NCBI GenBank assembly: GCA_031763465.1
Contig: JARFOE010000163.1
Coordinates: 3,244,553-3,286,996 of the forward strand
Length of the DNA: 42,444 nt
Reading direction: 5' to 3'
DNA from: Squatina squatina
Lineage: Eukaryota
Both the position numbers and the translations under genes were made by a program. The notes below the pieces were generated by a model that saw nothing but the letters and a program-made list of their open reading frames with translations, made no database searches and had not been told where the DNA came from. This document shows, in pieces, positions 1 through 10,869 of the stretch (its first letter is position 1; every line of letters begins with the position of its first letter).

Positions 1-3000
1 AAAAGGCAGGAAGAAAATCAAGATTTGTGGATTCAATCAGAAGCTAAATGAAGCTTTGGTGCATTAAGGAATGTAGCATCGAATCATCAGCAAAAGGGGC
101 TGATAGGGTTTGATAATAAATTAATGAATTATTTAAAATGAGAAGGAATGAAGTGGGAAAGAGAAAATAATCCTGTGGACACTTTGAGATTGTGGGAGAA
201 GAGTCAAAGATGAACCATCAGATACAGCACAAAAAGAGTGATTTGAAAATAAATTTGACTGCCAGACGTAACTTTGGTAACTTGTTTAGAAGTGCATAGT
301 TCCAGACCCAGTCAAAGACTTCGACATTTGAAAACAAAAATGTTGGAAAGTGTTAGTTCCAGGTTTCTGATATGGTAGATCAAAAGTCAAAGCCTTTTGA
401 AGGCGTGTCCAATATAACTCTTTTGTTCATTTCTGTGAAGTGCTGTAGTCAATATTTTTAAAGTTCTCTGCTAGAAATTGATTTCAGCCATGTAGCTGTC
501 ACTTTTCAACCAAATGTATTTCTGTTCCTTCAATTATTATAATATGGCTGGGATATGAAAGATAATATGAGCTAAGTTGCTTGGAGAATAGGAGTCAGGT
601 AACAAAACAAAAGCCTGCATTGGAATCAATACTATCAACAAAAGAAATCCATGCCAACAACTGCATATTTTAGTATTTAGTGGCCTATATTTTCCTTATC
701 CCTGACTGCTCTTTCCCTGTGCATCTTAGCTCTATCAAACTGGGATCCCCATCCCCATGGACCCCGGCTGGATCCCAAGGCCATCCAATTTCTGTCCATC
801 TGTCGTCAGCTTATTCTCTTTTTTTTTTGTATTTGTTGACTTATTAGGGCATTACTTTTGTTGCTATGTACTGATGAAAAATGTTTTCTGCCATGATTTT
901 CTGTTGGGTAACTGTACATCACCTGATAATTCCTATGAACCAGAGTATGAGTATGTAAGTATTGATGCGTAAGAGGGAAATAACACTTTCACTAAAGCAC
1001 AATGTTAATTATTTGTGCAAAGAGTTAATAGTTTTATTACACAGCTTGTGGACAGGCGAAAGACTTCAAATGAGGGAATGAAAGAATTGTTAATCAGCAT
1101 GCAAATGTAACAACCTCCTCTGCTCTATTTTCTGATTCATTTTGCTGTGGTCTGGTACNNNNNNNNNNNNNNNNNNNNNNNNNNNNNNNNNNNNNNNNNN
1201 NNNNNNNNNNNNNNNNNNNNNNNNNNNNNNNNNNNNNNNNNNNNNNNNNNNNNNNNNNATTATACAGAGCACAAACAAACTCTTGACTGCCTCTGTAGCT
1301 CATCTTTCAAAATCTGTAATTTTAAATGAGCACAAATTCAATTTACAGGCGCAAAATTGAACCTTAGATTTGTGTGCATGAATAGCATTTGTTCTTTGAT
1401 CAAATAAAGCTGGAAGCTATTGTATGAATGTATTAAATGCGCTCACATCAAATTCCTTCCTCCGCTATTTTAAGCAAGGTCTTAACCTGAAATGGGTTTA
1501 CTTCTCTATTAAACTAGCTGAGGGTAAAATTTGATACAAGTGCCCAAAGAGTTGGTATAATAGCGATGGCTAGCAGAGTCCTTTTGTCAGGAGTCTTTGT
1601 GTAGTGCAAAACTTTCTCCGGTGAGCCTACTTTCTTAGTTTTCCATTTGAAGCAGCTGGGATTGAAACAAATCTAAAAAAAAAACTACGCACAAAATGAT
1701 ATCAATGAACAACTCTTGTGTTGCAGTATGTTTTCGCTTATTTGATAGCATAGACATCATGTGGAAAATTGCCTTTCTGAAAGATTTTGCATTCTTTTTT
1801 CTTTTACCGCAATTCAATATGTGGGTTGTATCAAACGTCTGCATTCATTTACAAAAGTGATCTGTGCCTCTAATTTACCTACCACAGTTTCATATTCTAA
1901 GACTGGGAGGTTAATCCCCTTGATATGGGGAGCTGGCCTGAAACTTACAGATACAAAGCTCCAGTGTTTTTTTGTTGTTGCACTGAGCAAAGGACACGAN
2001 NNNNNNNNNNNNNNNNNNNNNNNNNNNNNNNNNNNNNNNNNNNNNNNNNNNNNNNNNNNNNNNNNNNNNNNNNNNNNNNNNNNNNNNNNNNNNNNNNNNG
2101 CACCATATTTCTTGCTTAGTTTATTTCTTTTCTTTTATGGTTCATAAATTCCTGTAGGATCGACAATACCACTGTTTTCTAAGAAATCAGAGCCCACAAT
2201 AAGTGAAATTCAATGTAAGGCCTAACTGAGCCGATCCAACTAAGCTTATTAACGAAGATTTTTGTCTGGTTTTGCCAGTTCCGTGAGCTACAGGAGTTCG
2301 TGACTACATAGTTGTCGATGTTTCAACTTAGTGGGAGGGAGGAAAGGGGGAAAAGGAGACAACCGACACACTTTTTCCAACCCACAAGTAAAAACACTTA
2401 TTAGCAAAATAAGTTGGAGAAAGACTGCAGCTTGTTCGCCCACCCACTCAGTTAAAGGAAGTGGCGTAGAAGCAAGAATTCACATCATTGAAAGTGGAGG
2501 CTTAAATAAAAAGAAAGAGAGACACCTATTTGATATATATCATTTGCATATTGTACTTTGTATGCTTTCTAACCGTAGAGCTTAAAACAAGATGGGAGAA
2601 CTCATTCCAAAAAGAAAAATGCATTGACCAAGTTCTACTTCAGGGATGGAGTACATAATCAAGTCTGGCATTTTGAGATGGTGCTGAATTGTTGGAGGTN
2701 NNNNNNNNNTGTCTGCCTATCGCACTGTTCAGAACAATGCCAGAAAAATCTCATGGCTATTCAAGGAGTAGGAAGTTCTCCCAGTGTCCTGGTCACCTGG
2801 ATATGCATGATGAACTTAAGGAAAGATGGAAGCAAGGCAGAGTTCCCAGTTCCTGCTCAGTTTTTGAACAATTTTTCTTCTGCGCTATTGTGGATCCAGA
2901 GAACTTCCTATCTTTAATTAAGATGTGATTTACTTTGTTTTAAAAATGTAAACAATAGATGGGAAATCTTCCAATGAGCAATGATTTTCTCCAATAGATC

Positions 3001-3202
3001 CCCCTTAGAAAATTTCCCTTTAGTTTCATTCACCCTATTGCCACATTTTCCCATTCTCTTTTTCTCATTCGTTCTTGGCCTATTTTTACTTCTTACCTTT
3101 AANNNNNNNNNNNNNNNNNNNNNNNNNNNNNNNNNNNNNNNNNNNNNNNNNNNNNNNNNNNNNNNNNNNNNNNNNNNNNNNNNNNNNNNNNNNNNNNNNN
3201 NN

Positions 3203-3297
3203 GGTAGCTGTGGGAGTCAGTGTGCTTATAATAGCTGTTAGTGAGGAGTCTATCCCCAGAGATGGAAACAGTTAAGTCCAGGAATGGATAGGAAGAG
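3203..3297 (-). mobile_element. Penelope-like element reverse transcriptase fragment
   Basis: Minus-strand translation YPFLDLTVSISGDRLLTNSYYKHTDSHSY matches the PLE RT C-terminal pattern (PFLD...YxKPTxxxxY). Bounded on the left by an N-gap. Confidence 0.75.
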
Positions 3298-3299
3298 GT

Positions 3300-3370
3300 G
3301 TCGGGACACCGGGACACTTCCCCAAAAACCGGGACTGTCTCGGCAAAACCGTGGATGTCTGGTCACTCTA
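3300..3370. mobile_element. hAT-type (MER96/Tip100-like) non-autonomous DNA transposon end
   Basis: Repeated (C)CGGGAC subterminal motifs, ending in TCTGGTCACTCTA, which resembles the reverse complement of a TAGGGTGACCAGA TIR. Confidence 0.55.
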
Positions 3371-3403
3371 GTCAGGCGTAATGTTGTTCTGTGCTTATAG
3401 CGT

Positions 3404-3666
3404 CAGCTGGGGCTCAGAGGCTAGCACTTTCACATCTTAGAAGGTTGTGGGTTCAAGGTCGCACTCCCGAGAACAAAAATTTCAGCTGACAATCCAGTGT
3501 GGTACTGAGAGTGCTGCACTGTCAGAGGTGCCACCCGAGGCTCCGCCTGCCCCAGTAAAAGATCCCATGCGGGAGCTTGCTGTGCACAAAACTGGCTGGC
3601 TGTGAAGCTCTTTGGGATGTTTGATGGTCCTAAAAGACGTTATATAACTGCAAGTCTTTCTTTCTT
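3404..3666 (+). mobile_element. tRNA-derived DeuSINE (SacSINE1-like), internally deleted
   Basis: A-box-like GGCTCAG..GCTAGC, B-box-like GGTTCAA, Deu-like core CCAGTGTGGTACTGAGAGTGCTGCACTGTCAGAGGTGCC and GTAAAAGATCCCATG, tail TATATAACTGCAAGTCTTTCTTTCTT. Related copies occur elsewhere in the window. Confidence 0.75.
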
Positions 3667-3719
3667 TGGATTGTATTTCTTGATGTCATGCAGCCTTTTC
3701 ATCCCTTTAAATATTGTTC

Positions 3720-3881
3720 TTGCTTTATTGGTTAACGTTGCTATGGTTTCCGTTGTCAGGGCCATCCCAGTTCCTTTTTACGGAATGCTTCCGTCAGAGA
3801 CGCTATAAACGCACTGGAGCCCTGATCCAGTCACTCACTGGGCCGGGCCAGCTCTTTGGTTGCACGCAGGGCGAGTGGAAG
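3720..3881 (+). promoter_or_regulatory. Probable promoter and non-coding exon 1 of the B7-like gene
   Basis: ATTGG (reverse CCAAT) 3727-3731, RFX X-box-like GTTGCTATGGTTTC 3737-3750, TATAAA 3804-3809, Inr-like TCACT with A at 3833 (29 nt after TATA), donor AAG|GTGAGG after 3881. Start of a CpG-rich stretch. Confidence 0.55.
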
Positions 3882-4430
3882 GTGAGGAGAGCCCGCTTCC
3901 CCGCTGTCTCACGTTGCATTGAGGGGAAAGCATTGAGAGGTGTCAGACTGGGAGCGGCCGCTTGTTGTGAATGCCCCGGTGCCCCGGACGCGGCCACACA
4001 AGTTTGCGAGTTGCAGCGCAGTCCCGGGGCTGCGCGCGCGCCGCCAGCGCTCTCTGCCGCCCCCAGTGGGCCGGGGCTGAATCGTGAGTTGCCGCTGAGT
4101 GAAGCCGCTCCTTCCCCATCCGCACATTCACTGGCTGCAGTCAGCAAGCGGCTGCGGTGGGAGTTATTTTCACAACCGCAACAAACTGCTACTTTCGTCA
4201 ACGGAAGCGCTCGAGTAACAGATCGAACATCAGCAAGTGTGATGACCTGTTGCTGCACTGTAGATGTACAACTTCTCCGTATGAACGGAGCCAGCCTGCC
4301 CTGATCGCCCCACAATAACTTGCTGGGAGTTTGCCTTCTGGGCACCGAGTGAGGGTTGTGGTGTCTCTCATTGTCGAATAGCCGGCCAACATTCACTTTC
4401 TGGGCTCACGTCTGTAGAATGACGCCCTGG
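3780..4430. promoter_or_regulatory. CpG island
   Basis: Visibly GC- and CpG-rich (e.g. GCGCGCGCGCCGCCAGCG) against an AT-rich, CpG-poor background, directly upstream of the first coding exon. Confidence 0.7.
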
Positions 4431-4538
4431 GTAAATTCCTGTTTATTAATGTATATTCATTCATTTAATAATGACCGTGTTTGTTCACATATCTTGTATT
4501 TCTTTCTTTCAGGAGTTTACCAGCTCAGAGAAACAGCA

Positions 4539-4596
4539 ATGCCATTGAAATCTCAGTTGCTTATTCATGTTCTGTGGGGACAACTCGTAGTTGGTG
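4539..4596 (+). CDS. B7-family (CD276/B7-H3-like) gene, signal peptide exon
   Basis: Acceptor TTTCTTTCTTTCAG at 4512, ATG 4539, MPLKSQLLIHVLWGQLVVG, phase-1 donor G|GTAAGT that joins in frame to the IgV exon. Confidence 0.8.
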
Positions 4597-5039
4597 GTAA
4601 GTCATAACTAACTTCATAATTTCAAGCAATTCGATGTGATGTTGTGCATTTGCTTTTCTGTTACTGTTCAATATTGTACAGAATTAACACTTGATTGTCG
4701 TTATAACTGGCAACTTTCAAATCAGTTTCTTCCGTTTACAGCCAAACAATCCAGGAAGTGGATAGTCCAGTGGGTTAGCACAGGGTGCTAATTATGGCCC
4801 ATTATCCGGCTGGTAACCATTCACAGTGCAGCCCACCGAGCCGAGATAACTCTGTTGGACTGTCATTTACATTTCTTACTTGCAGGTTTACCCTGTTTGA
4901 ACTTTGTGAGCCTGGATGTTTGGGAAGAGTTAGGAATAGTAGTTCTGTGTCATTGGTGAATAAATCCTCACTCAGAACATCAGCAGTATCTGCAGCTAGT
5001 GACTTTTGCAAATTAATGCAAGGAGATACAGAGATCATT

Positions 5040-5195
5040 AACATGTCATGTATAAGTACAGAAAATAATCAAAGGCTTATGGAATGCTGGCCTTTATATC
5101 TGGAGAACCAGAATACAAAGGGGTAGAAGCTATGCTGTACAAAGTTCTGGTTGGACCCCACTTGGAGTGCTGTGAGCCGTTCTGGGCACCACACC
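5040..5195 (+). mobile_element. CR1 LINE ORF2 3' fragment
   Basis: CTGTACAAAGTTCTGGTTGGACCCCACTTGGAGTGCTGTGAGCCGTTCTGGGCACCAC encodes a degenerate LYKxLVRPHLEYCxxFWAP CR1 motif. Confidence 0.7.
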
Positions 5196-5292
5196 TTTCC
5201 ACAGATATTGACTGACTGGCTGAGGATTCGTTTAGTGTTTTCTGTTTTTGTTTCAGATTTCTAACACTTTATTCTTCCTCTTTAATTTACAG

Positions 5293-5640
5293 CTGGATTT
5301 GAAGTCAGAATGGTTAAGGAACCAGTGACAGCTATCCATGGCCAAATTGTTTTGCTGGGATGCAGTTTCACCAGCGAGTCACCCGTGAAGAATCTTATTA
5401 TCACCTGGCAGCGCGTCAAGACTGACGCAGTTGTCCACAGTTATTATTATGGAGAAGACCAGCTCAGCAAGCAGAATCCTCAATATTCAGGCAGAACAAG
5501 TCTATTCCCAGAGGAGTTTCAAAATGGAAATGCTTCACTGAAATTAGAAGGAGTAACACCAGCGGACACTGGACTGTACCTGTGTTATGTCAGTAATACA
5601 ATTGGAAATGATAAAGGAATAGTCTCTGTCAAATTTGCAG
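5293..5640 (+). CDS. B7-family (CD276/B7-H3-like) gene, IgV exon
   Basis: Acceptor TTTACAG, phase 1/1. Encodes LLGCSF...ITWQR...VVHSY...YSGRTSLFPEEFQNGNASLKLEGVTPADTGLYLCYVS, a B7/butyrophilin-type V-set domain with both Cys, the Trp, GNASL and DxGxYxC. Donor CAG|GTAAAT. Confidence 0.93.
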
Positions 5641-6770
5641 GTAAATATACTGAAAATATTTCTCTTTTCTTTCTCTTCTCTCATCTTACCTGAAGTTGCT
5701 GGCTCATGCTACGATATTGTAGCCTGGAATACATCCTCTCTCTTTATTCATTGTGAATGGGTCACAGGCATGTACTGTACACTTCTTCTCATTAAGTATT
5801 AATAAGCACAGTGCAGAATGTAGCTAATATCGCCCATTATACAAGCTATTGGAACATTTCTCAAATTGCCTTTCTCTAAACTGATTGAATTAAAAGTTGA
5901 AGGAATTTCACTATATTGGAACATTTAGATTTCTGATGCCTTAAATTGGCACTCGAGGCTGAATTACCTGGCCCCCTCTCTCAAGTTCGAGCTTTGTTTG
6001 AATATGGTCCGGTCACAGCCCGAGTACTCCTCACAGGGCCTTGTGTCAAGAAATGTCAGTTGGAGTACAGCAGCCAGAATGGCAGAAAATCTGGTGGGTC
6101 ATAGTTTCAATAAAATCGTCCAGCTACCTTTCGGCTTCTCTTCACTTTGCTGCTGGATCCCCTCAGATCCACTGACCCAATTGGGTGCCGGACACAAGGC
6201 CCACCATCCACTTCTTGGGGTACCTCTACATCTGGACACCCCTGGGCTGCAGAGGAAAATCTATCAGGCAGGAGGTCAGGAATGCCCATCCCACCTCATT
6301 TAAGTGAGCACATTGTGCCTGTGCCTGTTGCTGGCACAGGTCCCGCTCCGCACTTGCAGCAAGCCCAGCAAATCCCAGGACAGTCTAAAGGAGGTGAATG
6401 CTTGGCAGAACTGGTTTTTACCCCTTTTATGACCTTTGTGCCCAGAGAATTGGCGTTCCCTTGGGTAAGAGTCAGGCTGATCTGCTCATGATGAAATGAG
6501 ATTGTGATCAAATCATTTATTCATCTTCTGAGGATGCTCAACCTGTGCAGAACTCCAACATCAAGTACACACTTGACCTCTAGCTCTTCTGTGCTGCACT
6601 CCTTGTTCTCAAAACAAATAATGGTTGCTAACCAAGAACTTTATAAGCATTATATTCGGCCATGCATTGTTCTGCAGCATACATCAGGCATATGCCAAAG
6701 GTCTTCAGCAATGGCACTGTATCATTTATTACTGAAGAGGCAAGACTGAATGATTGTTTTAATTTCGCAG

Positions 6771-7058
6771 CATACTACAGTGAGCCAGTGCTGTTGATCA
6801 AACAGGAACTGTCCAGCACCATTTTAATATTTGAGTCCCGAGGCTACCCGAAGGCTGATGTTTCTTGGTACAGTGGAGACAACCGCGATAATTCCCTTTT
6901 GTCCAATTGTTCACACCAGCAAACTGCCAATGGTCTGTACACAGTCCAAAGCACAATGGAACTCAAGGTCACAGAAAGAAGTTCAAACTATACATTCGTG
7001 TTAAGAAATGCTGCTGTGAATCAAACTATCTCCAGGACACTTAGTTTTCTTATTCCAG
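6771..7058 (+). CDS. B7-family (CD276/B7-H3-like) gene, IgC exon (canonical Cys replaced by Phe)
   Basis: Acceptor TTTCGCAG, phase 1/1. AYYSEP...RGYPKADVSW...NGLYTVQSTM...YTFVLRN parallels CD276-type APYSKP...RGYPEAEVFW...GLFDVHSVL...YSCLVRN. Donor CAG|GTAAGA. Confidence 0.9.
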
Positions 7059-7912
7059 GTAAGATTTTGGTTACTTTTTCTCACTGATTTTCTTCCTCTC
7101 CATCTCTCCTGAAGGTACCAGGACACTATCATACTCAGGCAGGTTATTATTTATGTGGGAACATTAATCATGGGTTTTAGCAGGAGGAATATCAATGGTG
7201 ATTCAGAGCTGCACCTGATCCTATTCTCACCTCCTGTCCACAAAGGTGCAGTTTCAGAATGGGTCACTGGTAACCCTAGGGCATTAAGACTGATTGTCAC
7301 ATCTGTACTGCTGTCCCAGCTGTTATCGGCTAACTCAGCATATATTGAACGTAAGACTGCATGACTCAGCTACTCACTGCAAAGACTCACTGAGCCACTG
7401 GAGGAGTTAGACATTCCTTTTTAATAAATGACTGTGTCATAGATTTATTGTTTTAGAAAATTAATCTATACTAAACAAATTCAATTATTGGAAAGCTGAC
7501 AATAAATTCGTCATAGGTCATGTGTAAAGACCATAATTTCAGTGGGCTGTACTCCTGACTACTGTGCGAGTCGAAGATCAGCCTCCAGACTTATTATTGT
7601 CTCAAAATAACTTTGCCTTAAATAGCAAACACATGGTAATTATGCCTATTTTAATACTGATCATCAGTTTGTGTGTATAATTTCTTCATTCTGCTGCCTG
7701 TGAATCTTTCTTTGAATCACTGATTTTACCTGACGGATCCTGATTTAGCAATGAGTCACCTGGTAGCTGAAACAGTTAAACGTTTGACATCCATTGAAAA
7801 ACCACAAGTTTGAAACCCCTGCTTGTCTTTTACACTTGCTGCTTCAGTTGGCTTGGTTTTCCACTAGACGATAAAATGAAACCCGTTTTTTCATTACTTC
7901 TTGCATTTTTAG

Positions 7913-7977
7913 GGTTGGCACCAACAGAAATAAAATCAGGACACATAACGGATGGGATTGTGAGTTCAAGACATTAG
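7913..7977 (+). CDS. Candidate further exon of the B7-like gene (hydrophilic; GLAPTEIKSGHITDGI then donor, or VSSRH*)
   Basis: Pyrimidine tract ending TTTTTAG at 7912, open in phase 1, internal GTGAGT donor at 7960, TAG at 7975-7977. No homology support. Confidence 0.3.
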
Positions 7978-9057
7978 CTCCGTTTCCTCATATCGCATAA
8001 AACAAAGAAAATGGGAAAGAGGCTAAGAAGTACAGTGGGAAGGTCCAAACCCGTTTCATTTTCCCTTGTTAAAGAAATGAAACATCAGTCTAACTTTTGT
8101 CTCTGGAGCAGACCTTAAACCCATGATCTCAGACTCATAGGCTAGAGTGGTACCACTAAGCCAAGTTGACTGTGATGGACTGTATTGTATGATTTTATTT
8201 TAGTTTCTAATTAAGTTTGGCTTTAATGAATTTGTATTTTGTAACATTAAATATGTGGTGCATGGTAGTGGAGCCCTACCCACAGTCCCAGGAAACATTC
8301 TGTGGTACGACAGTTCATGGCCTCAATGTGTAGCTTTTTAAACTGGAGCTTCTCTGAGTGCACAGCACTATCGCCTGGCCTCTCATACCTCTATAGCAGC
8401 CACCAGCATGGTGTATGGTGTGCCAAAGGTCTATTAAGTGCTGCAGAGACAAGAAGAATGGTATCACCTGTCTTAGCAGAACTGCATGTATTAATTACTG
8501 CAAATATGGGTTTGACTTGGATTGAGCTCAGATTCCAAGACACCATTTACTGACCTTATATAGAGAAATGGTTTATTCACCAATGCAGCTAAAAATCATC
8601 TAAAATATCAAAGATGATAAACACAATGTAAATTTTAATAATTCAAGCATTTATTTTGTACATGCAAAATAAAGCGAGATGATGCTTCCCATTGCTAACA
8701 TAGCCCTTTTCATCAGTAACATGCAGAACTACATGATTTTTTTCTCCCCCTTTTACTTTGTCATTTTCTTGATCAAGGAGATATAGCTGGAAATCCTTTT
8801 GTAAACATTTGGCTCTCTCAGACCTTCGTAATCTTTGCCAAAGGAAAGTAATCCTTCAACCTCATTCTTTTTGCAAACCAGCAGCCCAGCAGAATCCCCC
8901 TGGAAAACATACCAGTATTCAACATTAGAAAAAATATGAAATGTGACTACAATAAAAAAACTATGTGGACATCAAAAATAAAATGCTGCTTTGGGACAGC
9001 ACTAATTTATGTTTAAATTCACATTAAAATTTCATATTCCATACAATTTATGAACGC

Positions 9058-9150
9058 TACAGAAAGCAAACATTGCAGATGCTAGAAGTCAGAAACATCT
9101 GGAGAAAACATACAAGTCAACATTTCAGTTGTAGACCCTTTGTCAAGACT
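9058..9150 (+). repeat. Degenerate Penelope-associated short repeat
   Basis: CAGAAAGCAAACATTGCAGATGCTAGAAGTCAGAAA...CATCTGGAGAAA...GTCAACATTTCAG..GACCCTTTGTCA. Related to 32474-32560 (+) and 5195-5262 (-). Confidence 0.5.
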
Positions 9151-9726
9151 GGAAAATATTAGAGGAACTGCATTTAAAAAGGAACAGAACAAAGTGAAAG
9201 GGGAGGGAAAAACACACGAGGAAGTAGGATGTCCTGGCTTAAAAGTCACGCATGATATTAAGAGACAACAGGAGACATGAAGAGAGAAATTAAAGACATT
9301 TACAAGACATAGAACATGTAACTAGCCAAGACTGAGGGGTGAGGCAAGAGAAACAAGAGAAAACTGGCTTGAAGTTGNNNNNNNNNNNNNNNNNNNNNNN
9401 NNNNNNNNNNNNNNNNNNNNNNNNNNNNNNNNNNNNNNNNNNNNNNNNNNNNNNNNNNNNNNNNNNNNNNNNNNNNNAAGCAACTGAATGAACAAAAGAT
9501 CAAGGAATGAAGCATTATAGTAAGGTTTGCTGTGGTGTCCAATCTTAAGAGTCAGATTCTTCGAGAGAACTAACCCAATAAAATAAATGAAATTTCACAA
9601 GCACATTATTTCAGAAGTGTTTTGAATGAACAGTCAACGTAAACTGCCCACGAGAGTAAAAGGAGTTACCTCAAATCTAGGACTATATCCACATTTGCAC
9701 TTAGCCATGTGCTGTTTTCATCTCAG

Positions 9727-9785
9727 GTTTCATTGAAGAAGGCACAGCACTTCGTTCTCCATGGCCATTTCTTTCCAAATGCTAG
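9727..9785 (+). CDS. Candidate terminal exon of the B7-like gene (GFIEEGTALRSPWPFLSKC*)
   Basis: Acceptor CTGTTTTCATCTCAG|G, stop in phase 1 at 9783-9785, AATAAA at 9893-9898. No homology support. Confidence 0.3.
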
Positions 9786-10869
9786 CAAAGATCCTTAGAA
9801 GTTGTGAAGTGTTATAAAAATCTTTAATGGACTTGAACACCTTTCTGAACAGACGTTTGCACTAAATTTAGCTGTGTCCAATTTTTTCTTTTAATAAAAA
9901 ATTATTTTACAGCAACAGAGACAATTTATTTTTGAACTGTTTGTAACCTTTACTCTGATGTTTCGGATATCTGAACTCCAAAAAGAGATTATAGACCATC
10001 CAGCTGCTGGTACTAATTTTATCACTTCACTGATACAACTGCAAGTTTCGGAATAGAAATGTTCCATTTTGTTATCAATTACTCCTCATGTCATCAAAGT
10101 CATTACAAAGCTACCAGTTTTTGAGAAACATGAAAAGGCAACGAGGAGTTTTTTTTATAATGAAGTTTCAGACAACAGATAGCCTTTTGATATCTGGCAC
10201 TAAATAAAGATTCTTTTCAAAGTAATTGCGGCAATGATACAGAGAAAACTTCCACTTCAAAATTTGCCTTTTTGCACAAATGAAGTGATAAGAGTTCGCA
10301 CTAAAATGATAAGATGGTTAAATGCATTAAAAATGGCTGATCTAAAATAAAAGCCGAGGACAGATTCAAGGCCAACCTAAGGAACTATTTCAAAGAAGCA
10401 CCATAGTTGGCAATGACCTCAGACATGCCAACCACATGAGAAAACGAGTAGTACTGATTTTTACTTGTACTCCTACAACTGTTGCAAAGGGACAGTTGAG
10501 ATTTCAGTTTAGATCAATTGGTTAATACTGTACTACAGTACTTTATATAGTATACTACAATCATGACAATGCAGTGTATCTGGAACAACTTTTTGCCACA
10601 GGCTGCTTGATGCTAAGCTGGCAATTTGTTCACATCACTTAGTTGTCAAGGTATGTGGGGCATCAACTGCAGTGGCTATACATCTACAACTGAAAGCAAT
10701 ACAAGTCTTCACTACTGGCTCAAGAGTCATTTCCTAATACCCCCTAATTAGTTTATAAAATTACCTTTCTCCAACTGCTTTTACCATTACAGTTTAATTA
10801 CAATTAATCCCCACCTCTATCCTTTCTACTATATCTCATCCCACAAGAATCCAACTACAGGAAGATCAG

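Noticed and set aside
757-972. 71-aa ORF with a hydrophobic stretch and YEPEYEYV tyrosine-like motif
   Set aside because: Hydrophobicity comes from a T-rich tract, with no splice or homology support. It lies upstream of the B7 promoter, so it cannot be that gene's tail.
3714-4396. Overlapping 196-aa (+) and 197-aa (-) ORFs
   Set aside because: Explained by stop-codon scarcity in a CpG island. Ala/Pro/Arg-biased, no recognisable domain, non-ATG starts. Not FAM174C-like.
5990-6500. ORF-like GC-richer segment in the B7 intron
   Set aside because: Probably a decayed retroelement. No Ig or other motif and no assignable family.
7155-7364. Mildly hydrophobic LRLIVTSVLLSQLL as the B7 transmembrane exon
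   Set aside because: Too short and polar, with no convincing acceptor.
9110-9150. Hammerhead ribozyme in the Penelope-associated repeat
   Set aside because: The core is degenerate (no intact CUGANGA), so it cannot be supported.
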